Position numbers and translations under genes: made by a program. From a bacterium (GTDB lineage: Bacteria > Patescibacteriota > Microgenomatia > Levybacterales > UBA12049), in contig JAJYWL010000016.1 in the NCBI GenBank assembly GCA_021791545.1, positions 87,545 through 151,544 of the forward strand: DNA of 64,000 nt, written 5' to 3'. Position 1 is the first letter of the stretch. Each line of letters begins with the position of its first letter. Below the pieces are notes generated by a model. It was not told where the DNA came from. It worked only from the letters and a program-made list of their open reading frames with translations, and did not search any database. Shown here piece after piece: positions 9,761-20,847 of this stretch.

Positions 9761-10246
9761 ATGCGTGTGTTGGGAATAGATCCCGGTATAGGAAGGATGG
9801 GTTGGGGGATAGTTGAGGGAAACGGAAACAGAATAAAGCCAATTGCATTCGACTGTTTTGAAACTAGCTCAAAACTCATGGTTCCAGAAAGACTGGACGC
9901 AATATATAAGGAAGTAAACCGTTTAATAAAAGAATATTCTCCTGACTGTCTTTCTATAGAAGACCTTTTTTTTCAAAATAATGCAAAGACAGCATTTGTT
10001 GTGGGACAGGCAAGGGGAGTGGTTTTGCTTTCCGCTTCTCAGGGGAAACTTCCTATTTCGGTTTATACTCCTTTACAGGTAAAAATGGCTGTAACAGGAT
10101 ATGGTAGAGCAGAAAAAGCACAGGTTGGAAAAATGATTAAGACCTTACTAGTCTTGAAAGAAGTGCCAAAGCCTGATGATACCGCAGATGCTTTGGCTGT
10201 TGCTCTTTGTCACATTTTCTCCGGTAAAATCTCAAAATTAACCTGA
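9761..10246 (+). CDS. ruvC: Holliday junction resolvase RuvC
   Basis: MRVLGIDPG start. It sits immediately upstream of ruvA and ruvB. Confidence 0.85.
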   Translation: MRVLGIDPGIGRMGWGIVEGNGNRIKPIAFDCFETSSKLMVPERLDAIYKEVNRLIKEYSPDCLSIEDLFFQNNAKTAFVVGQARGVVLLSASQGKLPISVYTPLQVKMAVTGYGRAEKAQVGKMIKTLLVLKEVPKPDDTADALAVALCHIFSGKISKLT

Positions 10247-10270
10247 AACTCTTGTGTTATAATCTAACCA

Positions 10271-10849
10271 ATGATCGGAGCCTTAAAAGGAACAGTTGAT
10301 TTTTTGGATAAACCATTTATGGTGATTGATGTTAACGGCGTAGGATATAAGGTTTTGATTAGCGACTCTTTTTATTCAAAATTAACCCCGGGAGAAAAAG
10401 TAAAGGTTTATACATACACCCATGTAAGAGAAGATGCATTAGAGTTATTTGGATTTAGAGAAATTGAAGACCTCAAGCTTTTTGAAAACCTCATAAGTGT
10501 CTCTGGAATAGGTCCCAAGACTGCTCTTAATATTTTTTCATCCGGACAAAGATCAGATATAGTAGAAGCAATTCTTAAGGGAGACGTTTCATTTTTCTCT
10601 TCTGTACCAAGGTTGGGAACAAAAAATGCCCAGAAGATAATAATTGAGTTAAAGAATAAGATGGGAAGTACTGTAGATTTAGACCTTTCGGGAAAAGAAC
10701 AGGCAGAAAATGATGAAGTTGTGGCAGCTCTTAAAAATTTTGGGTTCACTGTTTCGGAAGCCCAAAAAGCATTAAGAGAGATAAAAGGCAAAGAATTAAA
10801 ACCTGAGGAAAAGATAAGACTTGCTTTAAAGAATTTATCAAGAAACTAA
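10271..10849 (+). CDS. ruvA: Holliday junction branch migration protein RuvA
   Basis: N-terminal OB domain (MIGALKG...VNGVGYKV) and HhH motifs (SGIGPKTAL). Confidence 0.85.
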   Translation: MIGALKGTVDFLDKPFMVIDVNGVGYKVLISDSFYSKLTPGEKVKVYTYTHVREDALELFGFREIEDLKLFENLISVSGIGPKTALNIFSSGQRSDIVEAILKGDVSFFSSVPRLGTKNAQKIIIELKNKMGSTVDLDLSGKEQAENDEVVAALKNFGFTVSEAQKALREIKGKELKPEEKIRLALKNLSRN

Positions 10850-11878
10850 ATGAATAAAGATCCAAAACAAGAAGAAGTGACAGAGAGCGTAGAAGAGGAG
10901 ATTCTATTTACTTCCCTTAGAGCAAAAAGCTGGAATGAGTTTGCGGGACAAGGAAAAGTTAAGGAATCCCTTCAGATAGCAATTAAGGCCGCAAAAAAAA
11001 GAGACGAAGCAATTGAGCATATTCTTTTATATGGACCACCGGGTTTAGGTAAAACAACTCTTGCCCATTTAATAGCTAAAGAAATGGGAGTAAATATAAG
11101 GGTAACTTCAGGACCCGCTATAGAAAGGGCGGGAGATTTGGCATCCATTCTAACCAATCTTGAAAAAGGTGACGTTTTATTCATAGATGAAATACATAGG
11201 TTAAATAAAGTAGTTGAGGAGACTTTGTATCCCGCAATGGAGGATTATGCACTCGATATCATTATAGGAAAAGGTCCGAGCGCAAGAACTTTAAGACTTG
11301 ATCTTCCCCAGTTTACTATCATAGGAGCAACTACAAGAGTCGGTCTTTTGTCCGCTCCTTTAAGAGATAGATTTGGAGTAGTACATAGGCTCAACTTTTA
11401 TGATCCTGATAATCTTGGGGAAATAATTAAAAAGGCTGCTTCAAAACTCAATGTTCCCGTAGATATAGAATCAATATCCGAAATAGCAAAAAGAGCAAGG
11501 GGAACACCAAGAATTGCTCTGAAGCTCTTAAAAAGAGCAAGAGATTTTGCCGAAGTTAAAGGAGAGGGGAGAGTAACAAAAGATTTAATAACAAAAGCTT
11601 TGAATATGCTCGAAGTAGACGAGGCAGGTCTTGATTCTTCCGATGTCAGATATCTTAAGGCAATTTTGGAAAAACACGGTGGGGGACCTGTCGGAATAGA
11701 GACAATAGGATCAACCATTTCAGAAGACATAGGAACAATAGAAGATGTCATTGAACCATACCTTCTTCAGACAGGGTTTATAAAAAAGACAACCAGAGGA
11801 AGAATTGCTACGCCTCAAGCCTATAAGCATTTCAAGCTAGAGGTTCCAAAAGAAAATAAACAAGAAAAGCTCTTATAA
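10850..11878 (+). CDS. ruvB: Holliday junction branch migration ATPase RuvB
   Basis: Walker A ([11 protein letters not shown]), LFIDEIHRL, and overall RuvB architecture. Confidence 0.9.
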   Translation: MNKDPKQEEVTESVEEEILFTSLRAKSWNEFAGQGKVKESLQIAIKAAKKRDEAIEHILLYGPPGLGKTTLAHLIAKEMGVNIRVTSGPAIERAGDLASILTNLEKGDVLFIDEIHRLNKVVEETLYPAMEDYALDIIIGKGPSARTLRLDLPQFTIIGATTRVGLLSAPLRDRFGVVHRLNFYDPDNLGEIIKKAASKLNVPVDIESISEIAKRARGTPRIALKLLKRARDFAEVKGEGRVTKDLITKALNMLEVDEAGLDSSDVRYLKAILEKHGGGPVGIETIGSTISEDIGTIEDVIEPYLLQTGFIKKTTRGRIATPQAYKHFKLEVPKENKQEKLL

Positions 11879-11990
11879 CCTATAGTAATGATAGAGCTTA
11901 ATTTCTTTTTATGCTTTAAAAATTTTCTTTCCACTTTTTAACACTTTTTTTACTTTCTTCATCAAAAACACAACTATTATAGGAAAACCT

Positions 11991-13310
11991 ATGAGACCAA
12001 TTGAATCACGGGACTATATTGTGGAAACCAATCCGGCCGGTGTTTATGTTGGAAAACAGGTCGTGACGGGTTATGAATATAAAAATTTTGATGAAGCTCA
12101 ATCGGATGCCTCAAGATCTTCAAAAATAGAAAGCGCAGAAGCAGCGGGATTTATAGCAGCCGGGCTTACGTTGTCTGCTTTGGGAATATATATGTTAATG
12201 CCTGACGGACGAGAAGGAATTCAACATTATCTTACAGAACCAGTTCATTATCTTGGAGCGGCAGTTGCCTTTATTGGGGGTTATGCTTACGCACACGGAT
12301 TGGATCTTTATGATAGAGCATCGGAATTAAGAGATATTGCCGTAAGAGCAAGAAAAGAACTCGTCAGACGCATTGAAAGGAAGCCTCAGGAAGTTGTCGA
12401 TGAAAATGTTATTCCTCCCGTGGAAGTAGTGGAAGAAAAGCCTACGGTTGAGTTACCCGTAAGTGAGGAAGAAGCTAATAAGCCAATAGAACCACCTTCA
12501 GAAAACGAAGTAGTAGAAGTAGAGCCGGGACAAGAAGCCGTTGTGGATGAAGTTGAGATTTCCGAGACTCCTCCGCCTCCAGAAGAAGCAGCAACTTCGG
12601 GTGATGCGAGTGAAAAAATTCCCCAAGCTCCATTAGAAGGTGTTCTTGCCGGAGCAGGAGCTGACATTGATGCATCCGGTCCTCAGGAGGACCTAAATGA
12701 AGATACTTCTTCAGAGCCTGAAACAGAATCTGAAGAAGAAATACGGGATGAAACTCCGGATGAAAGAGAACAAAGACTTACCAGATGGGAGGAAAGTCTT
12801 TTGGAAAAGCAGGAAAAGCTAGAGCAGAAAAGTGCGGAGCTTGAAGTTTGGGAAGTTAAGTTAAAAGACTGGGAGGAAAAATTAAAATCATGGGAAGAAA
12901 GGTTACAAAATCATGAAGAAAGATTAAAAGAAATAGAAAAAAGAATGGGTCTGGGACAGGAGGATGTTGGTCCTCAGGGTTCAAATCAAGAAGCTTCACA
13001 GGTGCAACCGGAAGATCCAAAGGGAAACGGAAAGGAAAAAGTAAGAAGAGCAGGGAGAAGAACAAAGAAAGCTATTCAAGATTTGGCTGAAAAAATCCAA
13101 AGTACAACTTCATCCAAAGGAGGGGCTCAGGAAGATACACAACAAAGCCCAAGATTAGTAAAAAGAACTCCGGTAGATTGGATTGAATTTAGGGAGATTT
13201 TAGAAAAACCTCAAGGAGAATTGTTTCCCGATCTTCCCCAAGAGTTGGGACACAACTGTCAAGGAAGCGAATGTGAAGAGTGTAAGAAGAGGAGAATTAT
13301 TGCCGCCTAA
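11991..13310 (+). CDS. hypothetical protein with an N-terminal membrane segment, an acidic low-complexity region and a Trp/Glu heptad coiled-coil
   Basis: Long ORF with locally elevated GC. It carries WEEKLKSWEERLQNHEERLKEIEKR repeats and a CQGSECEECKKRR C-terminus. No recognisable family. Confidence 0.45.
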   Translation: MRPIESRDYIVETNPAGVYVGKQVVTGYEYKNFDEAQSDASRSSKIESAEAAGFIAAGLTLSALGIYMLMPDGREGIQHYLTEPVHYLGAAVAFIGGYAYAHGLDLYDRASELRDIAVRARKELVRRIERKPQEVVDENVIPPVEVVEEKPTVELPVSEEEANKPIEPPSENEVVEVEPGQEAVVDEVEISETPPPPEEAATSGDASEKIPQAPLEGVLAGAGADIDASGPQEDLNEDTSSEPETESEEEIRDETPDEREQRLTRWEESLLEKQEKLEQKSAELEVWEVKLKDWEEKLKSWEERLQNHEERLKEIEKRMGLGQEDVGPQGSNQEASQVQPEDPKGNGKEKVRRAGRRTKKAIQDLAEKIQSTTSSKGGAQEDTQQSPRLVKRTPVDWIEFREILEKPQGELFPDLPQELGHNCQGSECEECKKRRIIAA

Positions 13311-13967
13311 TCATTTAAATTCTTCCATTATTACCACATCGGAATTTGTGACTTTGTCCTTAAAGTTATTTTCAGCTTCTTTTGCCCTTTCCCCTAATTG
13401 CATTTTGTAATGCATTGGAATTGTTTTTTTTGCGGCAATAGTATTTGCGGCATCTGCTGCTTCTTCCCAATCCATGGTGTAATGTCCTCCAATAGGGAGC
13501 ATCGCTATATCAAGATTTAAATCTTTGAAGGTATTCATTTCCGGAATAAAATCTGTATCTCCGGCATGGTAAATCTTCATTCCATTCAGGTCAAAGATAT
13601 AACCAACCCAGTTATTTGCTTTAGGATGAAATTCAAGTCTTGCAGGATTTATGTTATAGGCGGGAACTGTTTGAAAAGAAAAACCGTTAACGGTATAGGA
13701 ATTGTTTGGGGAAACAATTATTTTTTCATTATTATTAGGAATTCTATCTATTAAGTCTTGGGTTGCAACTATTACAGTATCTCCCTTCAAAAGTTTTTCG
13801 ATATCTTTTAAGGAAAAATGGTCGGGATGAGCGTGTGTAAGAAAAAGTATGTCCGCTTTTCCTACATTTCTGTCTCCTAGTTCTATCGGATCAATGAAAT
13901 AGACTCGTTTTCCGTTTAAATCATCAAAGAAAAATCCCGCGTTTCCTAACCAATTTATGTTTTCCAT
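13311..13967 (-). CDS. MBL-fold metallo-hydrolase
   Basis: THAHPDHF metal-binding motif. Confidence 0.75.
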   Translation of the reverse strand: MENINWLGNAGFFFDDLNGKRVYFIDPIELGDRNVGKADILFLTHAHPDHFSLKDIEKLLKGDTVIVATQDLIDRIPNNNEKIIVSPNNSYTVNGFSFQTVPAYNINPARLEFHPKANNWVGYIFDLNGMKIYHAGDTDFIPEMNTFKDLNLDIAMLPIGGHYTMDWEEAADAANTIAAKKTIPMHYKMQLGERAKEAENNFKDKVTNSDVVIMEEFK

Positions 13968-14012
13968 AAACTTATAATACTAAAAATTTGTAAAATTAAT
14001 GCAAGAAGTTCT

Positions 14013-15371
14013 TTACGAAACAATTTTCTCGGCAAGGCCAAGATAATTGGAGGGTTTCAGTTTAAGAAGTTCTTTTTTATCTTTATCAGGAATTTCTAGT
14101 TTATTAATAAGATCCGTCCAGGTATTTTCATCAAGCTTTTTTCCTTTAGAAAAAGAAGAAACAAAATAATAAGAATCGTTGAACTTTTTACTTCTAAGGT
14201 AAGTTTGGAGAGCCTCAGTAAGAATTGACCAATCTTTATTTAGTTCTTCCATCATTTTTTGTTCATCAACATCAATCCTGGAAAGTCCGGAAATAATGCT
14301 TTTATAACCTAATAGACTGTAACCCAAAAGGCTTCCCATATTTCTTATAACTGTACTATTCGAAAGATCTCTTTGAAGTCTTGATAAGTACAATTTTTCA
14401 GACATAGTTTTAGAAAGTCCGTTAGCAATAATTAAATTTCCTTCTGAATTCTCAAAATCTATTGGATTAACTTTTTGCGGCATTGTTGATGAACCGACTT
14501 CTTTTTCTTTTACCGCAAGTTTTAGCCAACCGTCACTTATATATCTCCAAATATCCTGGTCAAAATCGATTAATATTCCGTTTATCCTTTCAATCGTTTG
14601 TAAAACGGCGATAATATCTTCAAAAGAATTTATTTGAGTAGTTGCATTATTTGGTATGAGTCCTAATGAAGAGATAAATCTTCTAGAGAGCGAAATCCAA
14701 TTCTTGTTAGGGAATACAAAATATAATGAATTAAAGTTTCCTACTGCGCCATTTAGTTTTCCCGTCAGCCTTAATTTTTTAATATTAATAAGTTCTTTAT
14801 TTATCCTTGAATAAAAAACAAATATTTCTTTTCCGAAGGTAGTTCCTACTGCATTTTGTCCGTGGGTTCTTGCAAGCATAGGAGTCTTTCTGTATTTGAC
14901 GGCTTTTTCTTTAAACGAGTTATCGATTAAAGAAATAAGAGGAATAATAATTTCTTCTAGGGCACTTTTTAACATTAGTCTTTGGGAAATATTATTTACA
15001 TCTTCAGAAGTAAGACCAAAATGTATATATTCCGAAATGTCTGAAAGGGAAGTCTTTTTAAATTTTTCCCTAAGATACTTCTCTACTGCTTTTATATCAT
15101 GTCTTGTCTCGCTTTCTATTTGTTTAATTTTCTGAGCTTCTTTTAATGAGAAATCGGAAATTATTGTTTCTAAGAGGGTTATTTCTTTTTTTAAAAGTTT
15201 TCTCGTTATTTGATTTTCTGAAAGAAAAATTAAGTATTTTACTTCAATCTCTAATCTTAATTTTATGAGGGAGTATTCGCTTAAATAATTTGACAATTCT
15301 TTTGTTTTTTCACGGTATCTTCCGTCAAGAGGGCTTATGGCAGAAAGTTCTGTCAGGGGAAAGGACGTCAT
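14013..15371 (-). CDS. purB: adenylosuccinate lyase
   Basis: The N-terminus (ELSAISPLDGRYREKT) and the fumarate lyase superfamily signature region match PurB. Confidence 0.85.
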   Translation of the reverse strand: MTSFPLTELSAISPLDGRYREKTKELSNYLSEYSLIKLRLEIEVKYLIFLSENQITRKLLKKEITLLETIISDFSLKEAQKIKQIESETRHDIKAVEKYLREKFKKTSLSDISEYIHFGLTSEDVNNISQRLMLKSALEEIIIPLISLIDNSFKEKAVKYRKTPMLARTHGQNAVGTTFGKEIFVFYSRINKELINIKKLRLTGKLNGAVGNFNSLYFVFPNKNWISLSRRFISSLGLIPNNATTQINSFEDIIAVLQTIERINGILIDFDQDIWRYISDGWLKLAVKEKEVGSSTMPQKVNPIDFENSEGNLIIANGLSKTMSEKLYLSRLQRDLSNSTVIRNMGSLLGYSLLGYKSIISGLSRIDVDEQKMMEELNKDWSILTEALQTYLRSKKFNDSYYFVSSFSKGKKLDENTWTDLINKLEIPDKDKKELLKLKPSNYLGLAEKIVS

Positions 15372-16648
15372 ACAATTTCAATTATTTGTTTTCTGTCTGC
15401 TCCGGTTGAAACCAAAGAAATTTTTACTCCGACTTCTTTCTCTATTTCTCTTAAATATTTCTTTGCATTTTCGGGAAGGTCTTTGTATTTTGTTATTCCT
15501 TTTGTTGAGGATTTCCATCCTTTAAGTGTTTTGTATACCGGTTTAACTTTTGAAAGTTGTTCGGCAACCAAATCTTCATAATTTACTTTCTTACCTTTTA
15601 GCGAATATCCTTTGCAGACTTTTATTTCACTAAAATTATCCAAGACATCTAGTTTTGTGATTGCTATTTCCGTATATCCGTTTATTTTTGCTGCAAACCT
15701 TATTAGTTCGGCGTCGAACCATCCGCATCTTCTTTTTCTTCCTGTTGTTGTTCCATATTCATTTCCTTCGGAAGTTAAAGTTTCGCCGTTTTTATCAAAA
15801 AGTTCTGTAGGAAAAGGACCTGAACCTACTCTTGTAGTATAAGCTTTTACTACCCCTATAACATGCTCTATTTTTTGTGGGGGTATTCCTGCTCCTGCAG
15901 TAGCGCCTCCGGAAAGCACTGTTGATGCTGTTACGAAAGGATAAGTTCCCCAGTCATTATCAAGAAAAACCCCATGTGCTCCTTCCAAAAGAATTTTTTT
16001 ATTTAAGTTATTGAAAACTACTGGGAATACTTCTTTTATAAAAGGTTTAATTTTTCTGAAAAGTTTGTAGTATTCTTCTTCTACGTCTTTTTTATTTAAT
16101 GGTTTTTCTCCTAAAGCTTTCAAAACTTTATTTTTTACCATTAACTGCGTTTCAAGTTTTTGGGAAAAAACTTTTTTATCAAAAAAATCGGCAAGTCTTA
16201 TTCCGTTATAGCTTACTTTGTCGGCGTAGGTCGGGCCTATTCCTCTTCCTGTTGTTCCGGTTTTATTTTTTCCTTTTGCTTCTTCATAGAGTCTATCTAA
16301 AAGTTTGTGATACGGCATTATCACATGGCATCTAGGAGAAATGAAAAGTCTTCCGTCTATGGAAACTTTTGCTTTTCTTAGTAAATCTATTTCATTTTTT
16401 AATACTTCTAAATCGATGATTGTTCCGTTTGCAATTACAGCCTTTGCTTTTTTATTGAAAATTCCGGAGGGGATTAAATGCATGGGGAATTTACCAAAAG
16501 AGTTTATTACGGTGTGACCTGCGTTGTTCCCTCCGTGGAATCGTACTATTATGTCCGATTTTTCGGAGAGATAGTCTATTATTTTTCCCTTGCCCTCGTC
16601 TCCCCATTGGGAGCCTATAAGAACTGTGGCTGCCATAACCTCTAGCAT
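15368..16648 (-). CDS. purA: adenylosuccinate synthetase
   Basis: GSQWGDEGKGK P-loop at the N-terminus. The true start may be the internal Met at 16636. Confidence 0.85.
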   Translation of the reverse strand: MLEVMAATVLIGSQWGDEGKGKIIDYLSEKSDIIVRFHGGNNAGHTVINSFGKFPMHLIPSGIFNKKAKAVIANGTIIDLEVLKNEIDLLRKAKVSIDGRLFISPRCHVIMPYHKLLDRLYEEAKGKNKTGTTGRGIGPTYADKVSYNGIRLADFFDKKVFSQKLETQLMVKNKVLKALGEKPLNKKDVEEEYYKLFRKIKPFIKEVFPVVFNNLNKKILLEGAHGVFLDNDWGTYPFVTASTVLSGGATAGAGIPPQKIEHVIGVVKAYTTRVGSGPFPTELFDKNGETLTSEGNEYGTTTGRKRRCGWFDAELIRFAAKINGYTEIAITKLDVLDNFSEIKVCKGYSLKGKKVNYEDLVAEQLSKVKPVYKTLKGWKSSTKGITKYKDLPENAKKYLREIEKEVGVKISLVSTGADRKQIIEIV

Positions 16649-16691
16649 TGTAGACTAGCTTGTTGGGAAATGCAATAGATAGTGATACAAT

Positions 16692-18461
16692 ATGGCCACT
16701 ATGGATCAGGTATCCCAAATAAGAGAAAAAATAGATATAGTTTCCTTCATACAAGAGTTTACTCCCTTAAAAAAACTTGGTAGAAATTTTAAAGCAAATT
16801 GTCCTTTTCATAATGAAAAAACTCCCTCATTCGTTGTATCTCCCGAAAGACAAATATGGCATTGTTTTGGATGCGCAAAAGGCGGAGACGTATTCACATT
16901 TTTAATGGAATACGAGAATATGGAGTTTCCGGAAGCATTAAGAGTTTTGGCAAAGCGTGCAGGAATAGAATTAAAGGAAAGCGAGTTTAAAGCATCTCAT
17001 GCCTCTGAAAGAGAAAAGATATTTTCTATAAATAAACTTGCTTTAAAATTTTATAACTATATTTTGCTTAATCATTCTCTTGCTAAAACCGCACTTTCTT
17101 ATCTTCTGGAAAAAAGAAAAATAAATAAGGGAATAATAGAAACTTTCGAGATAGGTTTTGCTCCCGGAAGCGGTTCTTCTTTATCCGAGTATTTAATAAA
17201 AAAGAAAGGATATTCAAGAAAAGATTTAATAGACGCAGGTATCTCTTTTGAATCCAGAGGAAGGCTTTTTGATTTTTTTAGGGGCAGAATAATCTTTCCG
17301 TTATTTGATCATAGGGGAAATGTCGTCGGTTTTTCCGGAAGATCAATGGATGAGGAAGCAAATCCTCCCAAGTATATAAATACCAAGGAAACGGAAGTTT
17401 ACCACAAAGGAAGTATGTTCTTTGGCTTGAATAGCGCAAAAGAAGAAATTAAAAGTCAGCAGAATGCAATTATTGTAGAAGGGGAATTTGATGCAATTTC
17501 TTTATACATGGAGGGAGTTAAAAATGTAGTAGCAATAAAAGGGACTGCCTTAACAGAAGAACAGGTTGCTCTTTTATCAAGGTTTACTCCCAAAGTTTCA
17601 TTATGTCTCGATCAGGATAGTGCAGGTTTTGAAGCAACAAAAAGAAGCCTCGCCGTCTTAGAAAAAAGAGGAATTACGACAACAATTATAGTTATAGAAA
17701 ACGGAAAAGATCCTGACGAGGCAATAAAAGATAATCCGTCTCTAGTAAAAAAAGCTATAAAAAATGATGTAAATGTTTATGAATATTTAATAGAAAAATT
17801 CATAAAAGAAAATAATAAAAATACGGTCGATGGAAAGAAAAAAATAACGGATAATATACTTCCTCTTTTGTCACAGATTTCAAACGAAATAATAAAAGAA
17901 CATTATCTAAAAAAACTTAGTAAAGAATTGGATATTACTTTAGAAAGCCTTTCAAAAGAGATAGAGAAGATTCAGAAAGGAAAAGAAGAGGAAAAAATAG
18001 TAATAGCAAAGAAAGATAAAAGAGGAAGAAGAGAACTTCTTGAAGAATATCTTCTGGCGTTGGTTTTACAGGAAGAAAATTCTAAGGAACTTTTGGAAAA
18101 AATAGACGGACATCTCGAGACGTATGAATTTGAAATACCCTCTTATGGAAAGATTTTTGAAAGGATACAGGTGTATATGAAGACCCACGAAAAAATGGAT
18201 GTTAAAGAGATCTCAAAAGCTCTTCCATCAGAGCTTCTTACTTCTTTTGATTCATGTTATCTCTTACCTCTTCCCAAATTTGACACCCGCCTTTTGTTAC
18301 TGGAGGAAGTAGAAAAAGTAATCAAAGATTTAAGGGAGATTTTTGTAAAAGAAAGAATAAAAAAAATTACGGGAGAATTAAATGAAGATTTGGACGATGT
18401 GAAATCGGAAAAATTAAGAGAAGAAATGAAAAATCTTTTTCTGCTTTTACCCAAAGACTAA
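16692..18461 (+). CDS. dnaG: DNA primase
   Basis: Zinc ribbon CPFHNEKTPSF...CFGC and a TOPRIM region (EGEFDAISL). It sits upstream of rpoD (MMS operon arrangement). Confidence 0.85.
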   Translation: MATMDQVSQIREKIDIVSFIQEFTPLKKLGRNFKANCPFHNEKTPSFVVSPERQIWHCFGCAKGGDVFTFLMEYENMEFPEALRVLAKRAGIELKESEFKASHASEREKIFSINKLALKFYNYILLNHSLAKTALSYLLEKRKINKGIIETFEIGFAPGSGSSLSEYLIKKKGYSRKDLIDAGISFESRGRLFDFFRGRIIFPLFDHRGNVVGFSGRSMDEEANPPKYINTKETEVYHKGSMFFGLNSAKEEIKSQQNAIIVEGEFDAISLYMEGVKNVVAIKGTALTEEQVALLSRFTPKVSLCLDQDSAGFEATKRSLAVLEKRGITTTIIVIENGKDPDEAIKDNPSLVKKAIKNDVNVYEYLIEKFIKENNKNTVDGKKKITDNILPLLSQISNEIIKEHYLKKLSKELDITLESLSKEIEKIQKGKEEEKIVIAKKDKRGRRELLEEYLLALVLQEENSKELLEKIDGHLETYEFEIPSYGKIFERIQVYMKTHEKMDVKEISKALPSELLTSFDSCYLLPLPKFDTRLLLLEEVEKVIKDLREIFVKERIKKITGELNEDLDDVKSEKLREEMKNLFLLLPKD

Positions 18462-18512
18462 AATCCTATAAAGGTTTCATTTTGAAGCAAAAAGTGCTAA
18501 AATAAACAAATC

Positions 18513-19595
18513 ATGAAGCAATCCACACCTAACATCCTTGGGGATATTGTGACTTCGGCGAAAAAAAGAGGATACATAACCCAAGAAGAAATCTTATCCA
18601 TATATCCACATCCTGAAGAACACATTGATGAGCTTGATGAACTTTATAACAAGCTTATGAGATCGGATATTGATGTATTCGAATCGGTCGCTCAGAGTCA
18701 GGATGAGGAAAAGCCAATAGAGGATTTAGAGAAAGAGTTGGAAGCACTTACCGTTTTGACTGAAGGAACAGTTTCGGACCCTGTAAGAATGTACCTCAAG
18801 GAAATCGGAAGAATTCCCCTTTTGACTTTTGATCAGGAAATAGATTTGGCAAAAAAAGTTGAAAAAGGAGATAAAAGAGCAAAACAAATGCTTATCAACT
18901 CCAATTTAAGACTCGTCGTTTCAATCGCCAAAAAATATGTAGGAAGAGGATTAACTCTTTTGGATTTAATACAGGAGGGAAACCAAGGATTAATTAGGGC
19001 AGTTGAAAAATATGATTGGCAAAGAGGATTTAAGTTTTCTACTTATGCCACTTGGTGGATAAGACAATCTATAACAAGAGCAATAGCAGATCAGGCAAGA
19101 ACAATAAGAATTCCTGTTCACATGGTTGAAAATATAAATAGATTCCTGAGAGCATCCAGAAAATTAATGCAGGAATTAGGAAGAGAACCCACTCCCGAAG
19201 AAGTTGCAAAAGCATTGGGAATAGAACCTGATAAAGCATTGGAGATAATTAAAATTTCTCAGGAACCTGCAAGTTTGGAATCTCCTGTTGGAGATGAGGA
19301 AGATTCAAGGCTTGGAGACTTTATTCATGATACTTCCGCTCCTACACTTTTTGATACCGCATCAAGAGAACTTTTGAAAGAGCAAATAGACCAAGTATTA
19401 TCAACTCTTTCGGATAGAGAAAAAAGAGTGTTGGAGGAAAGATTTGGACTTAAAGACGGAAGACCAAAGACATTGGAGGAAGTTGGAAAAATGTTTGCCG
19501 TTACGAGAGAAAGAATAAGACAGATAGAGGCAAAAGCACTCAGAAAATTAAGACATCCTTCCAGAGGAAATAAATTAAAAGATTACCTCGGTTAA
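18513..19595 (+). CDS. rpoD: RNA polymerase primary sigma factor (sigma-70 family)
   Basis: Region 2 ([27 protein letters not shown]) and region 4 ([27 protein letters not shown]). Confidence 0.9.
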   Translation: MKQSTPNILGDIVTSAKKRGYITQEEILSIYPHPEEHIDELDELYNKLMRSDIDVFESVAQSQDEEKPIEDLEKELEALTVLTEGTVSDPVRMYLKEIGRIPLLTFDQEIDLAKKVEKGDKRAKQMLINSNLRLVVSIAKKYVGRGLTLLDLIQEGNQGLIRAVEKYDWQRGFKFSTYATWWIRQSITRAIADQARTIRIPVHMVENINRFLRASRKLMQELGREPTPEEVAKALGIEPDKALEIIKISQEPASLESPVGDEEDSRLGDFIHDTSAPTLFDTASRELLKEQIDQVLSTLSDREKRVLEERFGLKDGRPKTLEEVGKMFAVTRERIRQIEAKALRKLRHPSRGNKLKDYLG

Positions 19596-19652
19596 AAGCA
19601 ATTTTCCCTATTGAAAATATTTTTTGAAATCACTTATTATATTTAATAAGAA

Positions 19653-20300
19653 GTGGTTGAAAGGGTTGATTTACCAGTATCAGACCTGCCTGTAAAAACA
19701 AGAAAAGAAATACTTCCTGCCTCTCGCCTTCGAATAACTCCACATGGTGTTTTTCTAACCGGAGAACCCACTCGTAATCAGTCAAGAATTTATGAAGACA
19801 TGTGTGCAAAACTTGCTCGTTTATCACATCCCGATAAATTTATTATTAGTCCTCCCGTTTTGGATAGAATGGCAAGAGCAAAGGGTTCAATTTTTTCCGG
19901 CAGTAGACCGGACTCTTTATTGTTAAGTACGGATGGCAATAGGGTTTTTTTGTGGGGAATGCAGGAATATAAAAGTGGAGATGAGACAACAAGTTATAAG
20001 TTACCTCAAAAGGCAGGAGGATTTAGGACAATAATGTCGAGATTGGAGGATAATCCTTCTGCAATAGCAACAGATTTAATCGATGCAATTGGAGATTCTT
20101 ATGAAAGAATACCAATCGATCTTTCAACGGTTTTAGTTCCACATATTGTTCATGTAGATTTTATAACTCACTCTCCTGCTACACCTGTTTCTGATGAAGC
20201 ATATCCTAGACTTTCTCTTCACTATAGAGAGATAGAGGCTCCTGTTCGAACTCCAAGCTTGGAAAAGGGAATCGAACATGTAGTATTTAATGCTGCTTAA
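19653..20300 (+). CDS. hypothetical protein (GTG start), no recognisable domain
   Basis: 215-aa ORF between rpoD and tRNA-Asn. It shows noticeably more C at third codon positions than its neighbours. Confidence 0.4.
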   Translation: MVERVDLPVSDLPVKTRKEILPASRLRITPHGVFLTGEPTRNQSRIYEDMCAKLARLSHPDKFIISPPVLDRMARAKGSIFSGSRPDSLLLSTDGNRVFLWGMQEYKSGDETTSYKLPQKAGGFRTIMSRLEDNPSAIATDLIDAIGDSYERIPIDLSTVLVPHIVHVDFITHSPATPVSDEAYPRLSLHYREIEAPVRTPSLEKGIEHVVFNAA

Positions 20301-20350
20301 GGTTATTGAGATATATCCTCATTAATGTTAAAATTCATAGTGAATTTCAT

Positions 20351-20422
20351 TCCGCGATAGCTCAATGGTAGAGCAGGTCGCTGTTAACGACAAGGTTCTA
20401 GGTTCGAGTCCTAGTCGCGGAG
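20351..20422 (+). tRNA. tRNA-Asn (anticodon GTT), CCA not encoded
   Basis: Cloverleaf read directly from the sequence. The acceptor stem is TCCGCGA/TCGCGGA. D-arm AGCTCAATGGTAGAGC, anticodon loop CTGTTAA, T-arm GGTTCGAGTCC, discriminator G. Confidence 0.85.
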
Positions 20423-20483
20423 CATTCCTCATTAATTTTTCTTACCTTCTATTTAAAATAACTTAACAATATTAACTTATTCT

Positions 20484-20825
20484 TTGTTTATGGGAAATGA
20501 TATAAGATTATTGGTTTACCCCGTAAAGGATATAGCAAAAGCAAAGAATTTTTTTAGGAAGTTTTTAGGGACAGATCCATATGTTGAAAGTGATTTTTAT
20601 GTTGGGTTTAAGATAGGTGAACATGAAATAGGATTAGATCCAAACTCCGATTCTCAAGGGCCTATCGGATACATTGATGTTCAGGATATAAAAACTACCC
20701 TTCAGGAATTATTAGAAGATGGAGCAGAGTTGGTATTGGATGTAAAAGATGTAGGGCAAGGCTTACTTGTAGCGCAAGTAAGAGATGATAATGGAAATAT
20801 CTTGGGTCTTCGGCAAGCTCCATAA
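20484..20825 (+). CDS. VOC (glyoxalase/bleomycin resistance) family protein
   Basis: 113 aa with a beta-alpha-beta-beta-beta pattern (LLVYPVKDIAKAKNFF...NGNILGLRQ) typical of small VOC proteins. Confidence 0.55.
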   Translation: MFMGNDIRLLVYPVKDIAKAKNFFRKFLGTDPYVESDFYVGFKIGEHEIGLDPNSDSQGPIGYIDVQDIKTTLQELLEDGAELVLDVKDVGQGLLVAQVRDDNGNILGLRQAP

Positions 20826-20847
20826 TAGGTATGTTATACTCAAGTAG

